Shown: positions 36,863 to 46,839 of the stretch, piece by piece
How the letters are laid out: each line of letters opens with the position of its first letter
Position numbering within the stretch: the first letter of the stretch is position 1
Sequence record: OP557969.1
Reading direction: 5' to 3' (one strand)
DNA length: 64,000 bases
Notes under the pieces: model-generated
Told to the model about the DNA's origin: nothing
Database searches by the model: none
The model's input: only the letters and a program-made list of their open reading frames with translations
Position numbers and translations under genes: made by a program

Positions 36863-37759
36863 TTACTTACCAGAGATAACAATCTTCCCACTGAATGCAA
36901 CATCAGAAGTAAAGATCACGTCACCAGTATTGCTAATTTGTGTATCAGTTATTACCAATTCAAATGGTGAGGATGCAACACTACCAGGTGTTTTATTTGC
37001 ATAAATCGAAACATACAAATTGTCTGGTGATTGTTTGTGTTCAGATGCTGAAATCGTGATGATGAACACATCGTTATTAGAAATCCAATCTGCTTGGTTT
37101 ACTAATTTACTATAAGGTACTGTCATTGTTGTTGCTCCTATAATGTTTACTTTAACATTTGCATAATCTGTAATTTTACCAATTACATCTATTGTGATAT
37201 CACCAGTGCCGCTTACTACTACAGAGGTTTGAAATACGGAATCCAATGTTATACTACCATGAGGATCACCCTGTAGTTGTACCATGATATCAGGACCACG
37301 CCCATGTACAGATGCTGGAAGGGTGTATGTGTAATGGTCGGTAGTATCTGAAACTAATGTAAATGAAGATACTGGTATAGTTTCAGTTGTTACATATGGA
37401 CTATCAGTTTCATGTGAACTACCTTTGAATGATTTCCAAATACCAAGATCTTTAATATAAATTTGAAGAACATTAGTTTCATCAACTAAAAAATACAAAT
37501 CACCATCTAACCCAATAGTTTCATCCGGTGCACTGGTTCCACGCAAAATACCAGAACTCCCACCACTATGTGCGTTTAGATATCCTAACGTAACCAGGTG
37601 TGTGTCAGCGGTCGGTTCACCTGCTGAAATTGGAAGAAGTTTTGTTCCTGAGTAGTTTTGTATTTGCACAACACTACCATTTGTGGTAATCTGTGCACCA
37701 TTCTTCCCAAGAATGAAGGACTTCTTCATGGTTCCTTCTAAATTAGAAAAAACTGCCAT
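36863..37759 (-). CDS. Virion structural/fibre adaptor protein
   Basis: N-terminus MAVFSNLEGTMKKSFILGKNGA is paralogous to that of the upstream tailspike. Confidence 0.7.
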   Translation of the reverse strand: MAVFSNLEGTMKKSFILGKNGAQITTNGSVVQIQNYSGTKLLPISAGEPTADTHLVTLGYLNAHSGGSSGILRGTSAPDETIGLDGDLYFLVDETNVLQIYIKDLGIWKSFKGSSHETDSPYVTTETIPVSSFTLVSDTTDHYTYTLPASVHGRGPDIMVQLQGDPHGSITLDSVFQTSVVVSGTGDITIDVIGKITDYANVKVNIIGATTMTVPYSKLVNQADWISNNDVFIITISASEHKQSPDNLYVSIYANKTPGSVASSPFELVITDTQISNTGDVIFTSDVAFSGKIVISGK

Positions 37760-37775
37760 TTTAATTTAATCTCCT

Positions 37776-39917
37776 TTATGGTAGGGTTATGTACGTTACT
37801 GGTTGGGCGGCTTTTAATGATGCACCAGCGGCAGTTGCTGTTATGATGGGATCTGCAATATCAATTCTATATACGTTATTAACAACATATACTGCACGAG
37901 TTATATACGTTTTCAAATCATCACCATTTTCTCCAGCACCAGATATGATGATCTCAGTTCCCGCCGCTTTTGCATATTGGTTATCACCCCATGACACACC
38001 CAATGCTTCTATGTACGTTTGTCCTACTACCGTTTGTCTAATTGTGTCATATTTTCCAAAAAATGAACCACCCACTGTTACAATATATTTTCCACCTGAT
38101 TTTTTATGTATAATCGTTCCTTCTGGGAAGTATCTTCCACCAGGGAAAGTATCATATGGAATATAATATTGTTCAACTACAGGTATTAGAACTGGGCCAC
38201 GATGACCAGTACCGTCAATAGCAGTTGTTACTTTAAAATTATTAGATGATTGGTCGATTCTATCTACGTACATTTTAGAAAAACTATATTTTGAAACATT
38301 ACAATCATCTTGAACAACACAGTTAGTCCAATTAGTATAAGTATATTTAGAGCGAGTATACATTCCCCCACCCTCACCTTCAGTGGAAAGGTGTTGTCCT
38401 ATTACATCTAATTCTTTTGTTCTGATATCACTAAACTTAGATGAAGATGGTAGACCACGCCAAAGAATTTTAGAACAAGTGATATTACTTAATTCTGTAC
38501 TATTCAGCCAATTATCAGAACCAGAAGTATAAACGAATACGGAAGACTCTGGTATATAGAGATTGGAAATTTTAAAGTTTCTAGGTGGTCCAGCAAATCG
38601 ACCAGCAGTTACCCCCCAGTTAATAGATACCATACGGTTTGTGATTGTAGGATCATTAAGTAAATGTCCGGTTAAACCATCAATTACAAACTCTTTTGAG
38701 CCATAAGTTATCACACCAGCAGTTGTTAATCCAGTACCAACTGAAATTAGAGATGATGGATACACTTCGTTATCAAGTATTTTAAAGTCCATTCCCAATT
38801 CAACATGGATACATTGTCTAACATTATAAATTCTATTGTTCTTAATAACAAAGTTTCTAACGTATTGGGTATCAGGTGCATCCAGACCATAAGGACCAGA
38901 ACCCGCAACACCAATACCGATACCCCAGTTTGAAAGTGGGATTGGTGCATCTGAACCATCAACGTTTTCAATGATATTACCTTCGATTACAAAACCATCA
39001 GGATAATGTGAGTTAATAACGTTTAATTCTATTGCATCACCATATATATCATGAATATGGTTGTAAGAATAACGCCCCACTTTCATTTTCTCACCAGTTC
39101 CTTGCTGAAGAACGCCATATTTACATTTGGTCATTTCATTAAAGCAAAAATCTATTGTTCCTGGTTGGGTCATACCTTGCATCAAAAACGCGGCAGTACT
39201 GGTAATGTTTACAAATTTATTAAAATAAAATTTACCATCCCCACCAAAGAATTTCAAATAACATCCAGTAAGTGTGGTGAATTGAATTTGTGAATTAATA
39301 ACGGATATCATAGTACCACCATTACCAGTAATAGTGCCACCAAACCAAGTTACATCTTCCAAATATACTGCTTTTTTGATACGATAATTACCACCTGCTT
39401 GAATTTGTATTTTATTTTCTTTGGCATAAGTTGCACACAAATTTACAGCTTCAGTGTCATCGGTTTCCCCATCTCCTTTCGCACCAAATTCTTCTGGTGT
39501 TATATAGAACTGTGCTTGTTGAACTGTGCCACCAGTAATAAGGCCAATGAAATCACCACCATTTTTACTTGATAGTACTTTTTTATTAATGTATAGTGAT
39601 TTAATCCATGTGCCATTTGTTTTTACGAAAATATCAACAATACCATCTTCATCAATTTGAAAATAAGTGTTATTGTTTTTTCCAATATCACCAGACGGTG
39701 GTTGAACGCCAAATAAGGCATTTGGATTATCTTCAAGGTATCTAACATTAACTGCTGAATCTTGGTCTGATGGTGTTCCTATCTTTAGTGGTAGAAACTT
39801 TTCACCGAGATAATCTTTTATCGATACGGAATCATTGACGAAATTTATCGAAGCACCATTTTTACCCAATATCATTTTTGGTTTCATGGTTCCTTCAAAA
39901 TTAGAAAATACTGCCAT
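37776..39917 (-). CDS. Tailspike / polysaccharide depolymerase, WcaM-like (colanic acid)
   Basis: FGAKGDGETDDT tailspike head motif; GDAIELNV..., NWGIGIGVAGS..Y, RNF.I.N......RQCIHVELG match the WcaM/colanidase beta-helix pattern. Confidence 0.8.
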   Translation of the reverse strand: MAVFSNFEGTMKPKMILGKNGASINFVNDSVSIKDYLGEKFLPLKIGTPSDQDSAVNVRYLEDNPNALFGVQPPSGDIGKNNNTYFQIDEDGIVDIFVKTNGTWIKSLYINKKVLSSKNGGDFIGLITGGTVQQAQFYITPEEFGAKGDGETDDTEAVNLCATYAKENKIQIQAGGNYRIKKAVYLEDVTWFGGTITGNGGTMISVINSQIQFTTLTGCYLKFFGGDGKFYFNKFVNITSTAAFLMQGMTQPGTIDFCFNEMTKCKYGVLQQGTGEKMKVGRYSYNHIHDIYGDAIELNVINSHYPDGFVIEGNIIENVDGSDAPIPLSNWGIGIGVAGSGPYGLDAPDTQYVRNFVIKNNRIYNVRQCIHVELGMDFKILDNEVYPSSLISVGTGLTTAGVITYGSKEFVIDGLTGHLLNDPTITNRMVSINWGVTAGRFAGPPRNFKISNLYIPESSVFVYTSGSDNWLNSTELSNITCSKILWRGLPSSSKFSDIRTKELDVIGQHLSTEGEGGGMYTRSKYTYTNWTNCVVQDDCNVSKYSFSKMYVDRIDQSSNNFKVTTAIDGTGHRGPVLIPVVEQYYIPYDTFPGGRYFPEGTIIHKKSGGKYIVTVGGSFFGKYDTIRQTVVGQTYIEALGVSWGDNQYAKAAGTEIIISGAGENGDDLKTYITRAVYVVNNVYRIDIADPIITATAAGASLKAAQPVTYITLP

Positions 39918-39929
39918 TGTGACACCCCC

Positions 39930-41057
39930 TTAAATATTATCTTGAATAGGTTGGACCGGAGCTTGCCACGAAAGAGTACAAATAATTTCCATTTTACCAT
40001 AAGGACTGTTATTAACTGAATCATTGAATACACATGAAATAATTTCATCTACATCTGAAACTTCATGATTTGTTTCATTGACGATAAAACGCATCTGGTT
40101 ATTAATATCAAAGTAGGTTGTTGGTGCAATTACGGTTCCACCAATATTCTCGTTTGCTTCACCACCAAATCGAACAAACATATCAGTTACTGGTTGTGAA
40201 TAAGGTTGTAAAACATTTACATCTATATTAGAAACTACATATCCAGAAGGACAAGTCCCAATAACTAATAGAGCATTAGTCCATGATCTATCAATAACGT
40301 TTCTAATTGTTACAGTATCTTTGCCTGGTGCACCCGGTTCACCTTGCTTACCTTGAATACCTTGTGGACCTTCTTTACCACGGAATAAAATACCACTACT
40401 CCATTCTTTTGATGGTGGGGTGGTAGTTGTTACTTCATCCACATAATAAAGCTTACCATCAGTGTTGTTATAGAAACAATAATCAATTGGGAGGTTTTCA
40501 ATACTTGGAAATTGATCACCACTATCGTCAATATGAAAACGACCACGTGGACCTTGCTCACCACGGAAAGGAATACCATCACTCCATGTAGCTGTTACTT
40601 TTTGATAAAAATATAGTTTACCATCTTGTGTATTGTAAAATGTATAGTTATCAAAAAGACCAGAACTTGGAAAAGTAGTTCCTGCACTATCGATATGAAA
40701 AGGCTTACCAGCTTCACCAGTATCACCTTTACCAAATTCAACACTAGTCCAAGTACTGGTTTCTTCTTGTGCATCATTTGATTTAAAATACAGAGTACTT
40801 GTGTTATTTGCCAAACTAAGATAGCACCAGCCAAGCGGTTCACCAACTTTAAATTTATCAGATGGAACTTCAAAACCAATCTCATTAGGATAAAAGTTTT
40901 TACCGTTCTGACCATTTTGTCCCACAACAAGACCGAGATCTTGAATTGTATTATCTGTATATGTTACAATTAAATGACCAGCATTATTAATAACTAGACT
41001 TTTGATGCCTGAGTTATTACATGAACCACTGGACCCATTGTTAAATGTAATTGTCAT
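39930..41057 (-). CDS. Collagen-like repeat-containing virion protein
   Basis: GPQGIQGKQGEPGAPGKD and GEQGPRG; duplicated FHID..G..FP...Y.FYN..DGKLY units. Confidence 0.75.
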   Translation of the reverse strand: MTITFNNGSSGSCNNSGIKSLVINNAGHLIVTYTDNTIQDLGLVVGQNGQNGKNFYPNEIGFEVPSDKFKVGEPLGWCYLSLANNTSTLYFKSNDAQEETSTWTSVEFGKGDTGEAGKPFHIDSAGTTFPSSGLFDNYTFYNTQDGKLYFYQKVTATWSDGIPFRGEQGPRGRFHIDDSGDQFPSIENLPIDYCFYNNTDGKLYYVDEVTTTTPPSKEWSSGILFRGKEGPQGIQGKQGEPGAPGKDTVTIRNVIDRSWTNALLVIGTCPSGYVVSNIDVNVLQPYSQPVTDMFVRFGGEANENIGGTVIAPTTYFDINNQMRFIVNETNHEVSDVDEIISCVFNDSVNNSPYGKMEIICTLSWQAPVQPIQDNI

Positions 41058-41093
41058 AATATTTCCCTTTTATGAGTGAATGTCATATACCAA

Positions 41094-41139
41094 TATTTAT
41101 CAGTACGAAATACATTTCGTCACCATTAATAAATAAATG
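41094..41139. promoter_or_regulatory. Divergent late promoter motifs
   Basis: TAAATA on the minus strand (41094-41099) and TAAATAAATA on the plus strand (41130-41139) between divergent structural blocks. Confidence 0.55.
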
Positions 41140-41166
41140 AAAGTTCACTACTAAAAGGGCTTAACA

Positions 41167-41664
41167 ATGGCATTAAGATCAAAAAACTTTCTTTTTAAAA
41201 GAAAAACAAAAGATGGTTCATGGCAAGATTTTCCTGAATCTGACAGTTGGTATCCAGCCCAATTGGATTATCAATGGAATGAACAAACATTACCACTACC
41301 AAGCGGTGGATATTATGGCAGCACTACAGGTTTGCATACCATTTCATTTACACTACGTAATTTCATTGGAAGAATTTATGTATTAGCAACATTAGCCAGC
41401 AATCCAACAGATGATGATTGGTTCCCAATTAAATTCACTGAAAGTTGTAAATATTATCTAGAATTTACGGATATGGTTATTTTAAATCCAAACGGTGGTG
41501 ATTTGATTAGACAACAAGGAACTACCGGAACATTTGCAGAAACATTAACAGGTAACTTTACATATCTTAAAGTTGGTATTGACCGAGATTATATCAGTAA
41601 GTACCCGTCTGATGTACAAAAAAGTTTAGCAGGTAAACTAGAACAAATTTTAATTAACTACTAA
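41167..41664 (+). CDS. Hypothetical structural protein
   Basis: 165 aa; G..GLHT.S.TL.NFIGRIY..ATL...P...DWF motif. Confidence 0.7.
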   Translation: MALRSKNFLFKRKTKDGSWQDFPESDSWYPAQLDYQWNEQTLPLPSGGYYGSTTGLHTISFTLRNFIGRIYVLATLASNPTDDDWFPIKFTESCKYYLEFTDMVILNPNGGDLIRQQGTTGTFAETLTGNFTYLKVGIDRDYISKYPSDVQKSLAGKLEQILINY

Positions 41665-41673
41665 GGATTAGAA

Positions 41674-42282
41674 ATGAAATTAGAAGCAGAACAACCAAAA
41701 CTATTTGTTAAAGGTCATGTCCTAATTACTGACGTTACTGATCCATCAAATCAAAAAATCGTTTTAGATAAATCTAACGCTATTCACCCAGAAAATATGA
41801 GTACTGCAATTGCTAATGCGTTAGCATACAATCAAGATAGTACCAGTATTCCTATTGGTTCAATTAGCGAAATGCGTTTTGGTAATGGTGGTACTGTAGT
41901 GTTAAGTACTGGGCGAGTCACGTACAAAAAACCACGCGTGACTTCCTTTGGTGGATTGTATTCACAAACATATTTAAAAAAAATCAACCCAAGAATTTCT
42001 GCTGGTATTGATTCACAGTATAATAACATCACAACAGTTCATATCCCAGGACAATCATATACTGATATTGTATGTATTTGTACACTTGGTTTAGGTGAAC
42101 CATCAGACCAAGGTGTAAGTTCAGGTACAAGTATGGATGGTACATATGTATTTGATGAATTGGGGTTATATACTGATGGTGATAGTGGTATTCCATTGAC
42201 ACATATCATTTTTCACCCAGTTGAGAAAAGTGCTAACCGTGTGTTACAAATTAAATACACAGTTCGTGTACAACTACAATAA
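41674..42282 (+). CDS. Virion structural (baseplate-associated) protein
   Basis: ISEMRFGNGGT, FDELGLY, LTHIIFHPVEKSANR.LQI.YT.R; motif typical of large-myovirus virion proteins. Confidence 0.7.
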   Translation: MKLEAEQPKLFVKGHVLITDVTDPSNQKIVLDKSNAIHPENMSTAIANALAYNQDSTSIPIGSISEMRFGNGGTVVLSTGRVTYKKPRVTSFGGLYSQTYLKKINPRISAGIDSQYNNITTVHIPGQSYTDIVCICTLGLGEPSDQGVSSGTSMDGTYVFDELGLYTDGDSGIPLTHIIFHPVEKSANRVLQIKYTVRVQLQ

Positions 42283-42294
42283 TGGGGTCAAATT

Positions 42295-43395
42295 ATGAGT
42301 GTAAGTTATACAATTTATAGAAGCAATGGTAGTGTTTATGCTACCATTCCAAATAATGTCATATTGGGGCCAAACCAACCAGGAAGTAACCCAGTTCCGT
42401 TGAATTTCGTCGGAAGAAATAAAGTAAGTTATGGACAAGCATGGAATGAAAACTTTTTACATTTAGTTGAGAATTTTAGTTCGGCTTCAGCACCACGCGG
42501 TAATGTGAACGGTCAACTATGGTACAGAAATGCTGGCAGTACTGGTGAATTATTGATATCATTGGTTGACAATGCTAGACAACCATCAGATGTTGTGAGT
42601 GAAGCTGAGTGGGCGTCTATTCCAATGATTTCTGTGTTTAATACCGTACCAGATGGTGAAAATAGTGTTATGGGTCGTATGGTATTAACCAGTAATGGTG
42701 ACTCACTTCGTGTATTAATGAAAAATAAAGAATGGCGTGAAATTCAAACATCACGCCCTGAGAATAAAGAATATACATCATTATTGGATATTAACTATGA
42801 TAATGGTAAAAAATATATTGAGTTTACACAAAATAATAGTACCAAGCCACTAGCATATTTTAACTTAGGAGGAACGTCACAAGTCGATACTAACAACTGG
42901 ACAACAGTAACTAACGGAACTGGTGTTTTTGAATTTGGTAGTAACTATTTCTATGAATTAAAAATTATGATTAGAGAGGTAAGCGATTCAACAGGTGAAA
43001 TTGTATCAGTTCCACATAATTCAAAAACATTTTTAATCAAAGGTCAATTTTATGTAGATAACCAAGGTACGTTTGTCCCTGGTTCTGTGGGTGCAAGTCA
43101 AATGCCAGACCCCCGCAGGATTACACATCTAGAAACCATTAAAGATGTCATTACCAGTAGTCGCCCGAACTGGGATGTGAACATGGTTATCAATGATGTA
43201 GATCCATCACTACCTAATCCAAACGGCACATCTAAAGCAGATTATGAAAACTGGGTTATTAACTCATTGAACTCTAATAAAAACTTGGGATTTAGAGTTG
43301 ATGGTAGTATTAGCAATCTTGCACCAGGTGAATCTGTGAAATTACAAGCATCAGTGTTGTTAAACATTACAGGTATTCCAATTATTGGTGTATAA
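42295..43395 (+). CDS. Virion structural protein (baseplate/fibre-attachment-like)
   Basis: L.FVGRNKVSYGQAWNENFLHLVENFSSASAP...GQLWY N-terminal domain. Confidence 0.7.
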   Translation: MSVSYTIYRSNGSVYATIPNNVILGPNQPGSNPVPLNFVGRNKVSYGQAWNENFLHLVENFSSASAPRGNVNGQLWYRNAGSTGELLISLVDNARQPSDVVSEAEWASIPMISVFNTVPDGENSVMGRMVLTSNGDSLRVLMKNKEWREIQTSRPENKEYTSLLDINYDNGKKYIEFTQNNSTKPLAYFNLGGTSQVDTNNWTTVTNGTGVFEFGSNYFYELKIMIREVSDSTGEIVSVPHNSKTFLIKGQFYVDNQGTFVPGSVGASQMPDPRRITHLETIKDVITSSRPNWDVNMVINDVDPSLPNPNGTSKADYENWVINSLNSNKNLGFRVDGSISNLAPGESVKLQASVLLNITGIPIIGV

Positions 43396-43422
43396 AAAAA
43401 GGAGCCACATGGCTCCTTTTTT
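43394..43422. terminator. Bidirectional terminator
   Basis: AAAAAAAGGAGCCA-CA-TGGCTCCTTTTTT between convergent genes. Confidence 0.9.
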
Positions 43423-43885
43423 AATATCTATATGGTAAACTATTGACAAACTGTGTACCTTCACGTATACTTTCCCATAATGAGTAAAAATCTTTCATCA
43501 AGTTTGTGTTAAGCAATGTGTTTTTTGCACCAGGGTGTAATGGTTTAGGCCACGAGCCGATTTTAACCCATGCATATCCAGAGCTTTCATGATTTAATGT
43601 TGGTATAAACTCATTCTCAACTACGATAACAAATGAATAATATTTAAATTTACCATTTTTTGTACAAAATACATCAAATGGTATAATATCAATAATATTT
43701 GGTATTGAGTCACCTAACTCTTCTTTAATTTCTCTCATAAGACCTTGTATTGGTGTTTCGTCGCGTTCAAGCTTTCCACCAACAAATGCCCAATTGTTCG
43801 AATAGGTACTTCTTTCAGAACGTAAATTTAACATCATATGTCCGGTACTTTTTGATAAAAATATAGCACCAACAGCTTCATTCAT
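43421..43885 (-). CDS. NUDIX hydrolase
   Basis: WAFVGGKLERDETPIQGLMREIKEELG Nudix box. Confidence 0.9.
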   Translation of the reverse strand: MNEAVGAIFLSKSTGHMMLNLRSERSTYSNNWAFVGGKLERDETPIQGLMREIKEELGDSIPNIIDIIPFDVFCTKNGKFKYYSFVIVVENEFIPTLNHESSGYAWVKIGSWPKPLHPGAKNTLLNTNLMKDFYSLWESIREGTQFVNSLPYRY

Positions 43886-43897
43886 AACAACACCTCC

Positions 43898-45241
43898 TTA
43901 TTTGTCAGTGAAAGTTATTTTCCAATATCCTTGACGATAAACTGGCATAATACTTTTATGCCATTTAAATTTACCATTGTATCTATAATAACCATTATCT
44001 TCGTTGTTATAAATGTAATTACGCACAGTTGATGGGTCAATTAATTCAGCACCGTCGTTGGTAATTTTAAACAAATAATTCGAAGGAATTTCAGTTTCTT
44101 TGTAAATGATGTTATGCATACTGTTATTTACGTAATATTGTTCAGGTATTGCATCAAAAAGAACTGAGCTTTTTTGGACAAATCCATGAATAGTATAATC
44201 AACTGTATAGTTGCTACTATCAAGCTGAACGATAATTTTATTTGCATCTTCATCTTCACCATATGAAGAAATATAGCCTTTGAGTGGATTATCTTCTTCG
44301 ATTGATTGTTGAAATTTAATACCGACTTTTTTATCATCAAAATTGGGTTCCAAATATTTAAGATATTTTTCCCATGAGTATATACCACCATTAGGGGAAA
44401 CATCGGACAATGACTGACTAACTAAAGTTAGTTGATATGTATCTGGTAAATTATATAAAGAATTAGTTATCTCTTCAACTTTAATACATAAGTTTTTTGG
44501 TGTAAAGACATCAGTGATAATATCCGAATAGTCAGACATTTCAATGTCAAATTCATCACGAGCACCTTTTATATTAGTAGTGATCTGTTGAATCAATTTT
44601 GGTTTTTCAACAATAGCTGGTAAAGAAAACCATATTGTTGTTTCAAATGTCAATACCATAATGTCTAAATCTTGGTCAGTTCCTTGTGGAAATCCACGTG
44701 TAGAGAACTGACAATCAATCAACTCTACATCACTTAGTGATGTCCAATCCAACGGGTTTTCAGATAACTGAAGTTGAATACTCGGTGAAAATAAAGTTGA
44801 AATTTGCTCAAATAATTCCATCTTTGTTTGTATTTGAGTTACCCAGATATTCAAATCAAATGTAAATGTCCAAGGAACTGGGTTATGTCTTACGATTTTA
44901 TATTGTGAATCGAGTTCTTTTTTGTATTCATTAATGGCAGGTGATGTGTTTGTTCCCATAACTAATGTTTCATTCGCATTAGAACGTATACTTTTACGAT
45001 CCAGCTTTAGTTGATTAACACTGATTGTCATAATTGGTGCAGATGGAAGAACATTTTCACTATTACCATTGATAATTGCAGCAGCCATTCTTGATATATC
45101 CGCATAACGACATGGAACCTTTTTATATTTTGGGTTCCCATCAGCATCAACACCATTTTGTACTTGAAATTCACCAAAAACTCTGATAAGATGTTTCAGT
45201 ACTCTGCGAAATTGGCCGTCATAATAATAATCTATTTTCAT
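43898..45241 (-). CDS. gp15: Tail terminator / sheath stabiliser (T4 gp15-like) with C-terminal extension
   Basis: YYYDGQFRR......FGEFQV...KVPCRYAD; P.P....F.LNIW.......ELFEQI..LF.P. Confidence 0.75.
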   Translation of the reverse strand: MKIDYYYDGQFRRVLKHLIRVFGEFQVQNGVDADGNPKYKKVPCRYADISRMAAAIINGNSENVLPSAPIMTISVNQLKLDRKSIRSNANETLVMGTNTSPAINEYKKELDSQYKIVRHNPVPWTFTFDLNIWVTQIQTKMELFEQISTLFSPSIQLQLSENPLDWTSLSDVELIDCQFSTRGFPQGTDQDLDIMVLTFETTIWFSLPAIVEKPKLIQQITTNIKGARDEFDIEMSDYSDIITDVFTPKNLCIKVEEITNSLYNLPDTYQLTLVSQSLSDVSPNGGIYSWEKYLKYLEPNFDDKKVGIKFQQSIEEDNPLKGYISSYGEDEDANKIIVQLDSSNYTVDYTIHGFVQKSSVLFDAIPEQYYVNNSMHNIIYKETEIPSNYLFKITNDGAELIDPSTVRNYIYNNEDNGYYRYNGKFKWHKSIMPVYRQGYWKITFTDK

Positions 45242-46743
45242 TCTGTGTCCTTATGTATACGATAAGCTGTATTTGGTTTAACTGCGTCATGTAATGGAAC
45301 TTTATTATCACTATTTACGAACTTAGTAAGTGCTAAATCTGCACCTTCCCACGGTTTTCTACCACCGTAATCAAAAATAACCCATGAATTCTTAGTTGCA
45401 TTGAATTCCCACAGTGTAACTGGTGTATAATCAGTACGGTAAAAGTAATCACCATCAACTGCATCAGTAGGGAACATGTTTCCTTCTGGAACTGTACCTC
45501 TTGCTGGTGGGATTTTAGGGCGATAATCCTGTTGTGCATCAATATTTCCATATACACAACTTGATGTGAATGGGTCATTGACGTAAGTTACTTTTGGTTC
45601 GCCCCATTTACCATCATTGTACTGAAAAATGTGTGGTTCTTTATAAAAAATACAAAAATCTTCAATATCTTTTGGTGGATTTTCACTGGTCGTGTATTCA
45701 ACATCACAATTTAACCATTTTTTAACACTTTTATCGTACTGGTATAGTGTATACCCAGTTACATCTACATCATTCTCTTTAAAGAAGAAATCACCATCCA
45801 TAGGTTTCTTAGGAAAAACGGTTCCACGCTTGACTTCCAGTGAAATCCATGTATCATTATCGTATTCTTTAAGTATTGGGTATGTTTTTTTCAAAAAATA
45901 CATACCACTTGCAGGTTCTTCGGGGAAATCATATCCATTAAGCATATACTTTGACAAATCAACAGTATCACGACGGTCATCATACAAATGCTCGTTGGTA
46001 TAATGAATATAAGGCACTTCATCATCAGCTTGCATAATGATACGATTCATAATATCCATTTCATTACTATAGTTACTGTTATCAGATGTACCATCATCAG
46101 TGTTACCATTACCATTATTTGGATCATTTGGGTTATCAGGGTAATTGTTGTTTCCTAGTAAGTCGGAGTACTCAGGAGAGTCAGTCAATGGCTTTACTCG
46201 AAGTTTATAAATGTGATGTTGCCAAGTAACAGAGTAACCTTCTGCTGTACGAAACGCATCTTGGACCACATAGAAGCGATTCAGACCAGAATCTTTACCA
46301 AGAACATCATAATCACGTAAATTTGGTAGTTCAATTACATCACCAGGCATGATTTTTCTACCCAATCGTTGCATCATGGTATTGTAGTGGATTGTAATGT
46401 CCATCGTGTTGAAATTAAAGAACAAACCTGGAATTTTCAAGTCAGGTGTTGCTTCTTGAACTTGATAGACACAACTTAGTGTGATTGCTTCAAGATTATA
46501 GTTTCTATTTGGGGTGTCTCCAAAAATTAAATCACCAATACTTGACACAACCGATCCAGAAGATGTATAATCACCGCCATATGATAAGTCTTTGTTATCT
46601 GCAACTTGTTTTGGGCCGACATAAGCGTAAAGCCACATGTCAACACCACCAATGTTGTATTGTTCAGCAATGGCAGAGTCAATGAACTTGTAATCATTGG
46701 TTCTACCTTTTTTCCACATTCTATATGTCATATTTGTCTCCAA
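45238..46743 (-). CDS. gp14: Neck/head-closure protein (T4 gp14-like) with repeat-bearing C-terminal extension
   Basis: GG.D...Y.Y, DLIFGD..NRNY, GRKIMPGDVIELP, W..H.YKLR.KP; TAAATA at 46763-46768 (minus). Confidence 0.65.
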   Translation of the reverse strand: METNMTYRMWKKGRTNDYKFIDSAIAEQYNIGGVDMWLYAYVGPKQVADNKDLSYGGDYTSSGSVVSSIGDLIFGDTPNRNYNLEAITLSCVYQVQEATPDLKIPGLFFNFNTMDITIHYNTMMQRLGRKIMPGDVIELPNLRDYDVLGKDSGLNRFYVVQDAFRTAEGYSVTWQHHIYKLRVKPLTDSPEYSDLLGNNNYPDNPNDPNNGNGNTDDGTSDNSNYSNEMDIMNRIIMQADDEVPYIHYTNEHLYDDRRDTVDLSKYMLNGYDFPEEPASGMYFLKKTYPILKEYDNDTWISLEVKRGTVFPKKPMDGDFFFKENDVDVTGYTLYQYDKSVKKWLNCDVEYTTSENPPKDIEDFCIFYKEPHIFQYNDGKWGEPKVTYVNDPFTSSCVYGNIDAQQDYRPKIPPARGTVPEGNMFPTDAVDGDYFYRTDYTPVTLWEFNATKNSWVIFDYGGRKPWEGADLALTKFVNSDNKVPLHDAVKPNTAYRIHKDTE

Positions 46744-46773
46744 AATAATTCGGGTATATCTTTATTTACCATG

Positions 46774-46801
46774 TAGACAAACCATAAGAATGTGATATAA
46801 T
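46774..46801 (+). promoter_or_regulatory. Sigma70-type early promoter for clpA
   Basis: TAGACA-16 nt-TATAAT with TGTGA extension, back-to-back with a minus-strand late motif. Confidence 0.7.
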
Positions 46802-46839
46802 GTTTGTTAATTAGAGTGACGTGAATCACAGGAGAATAC

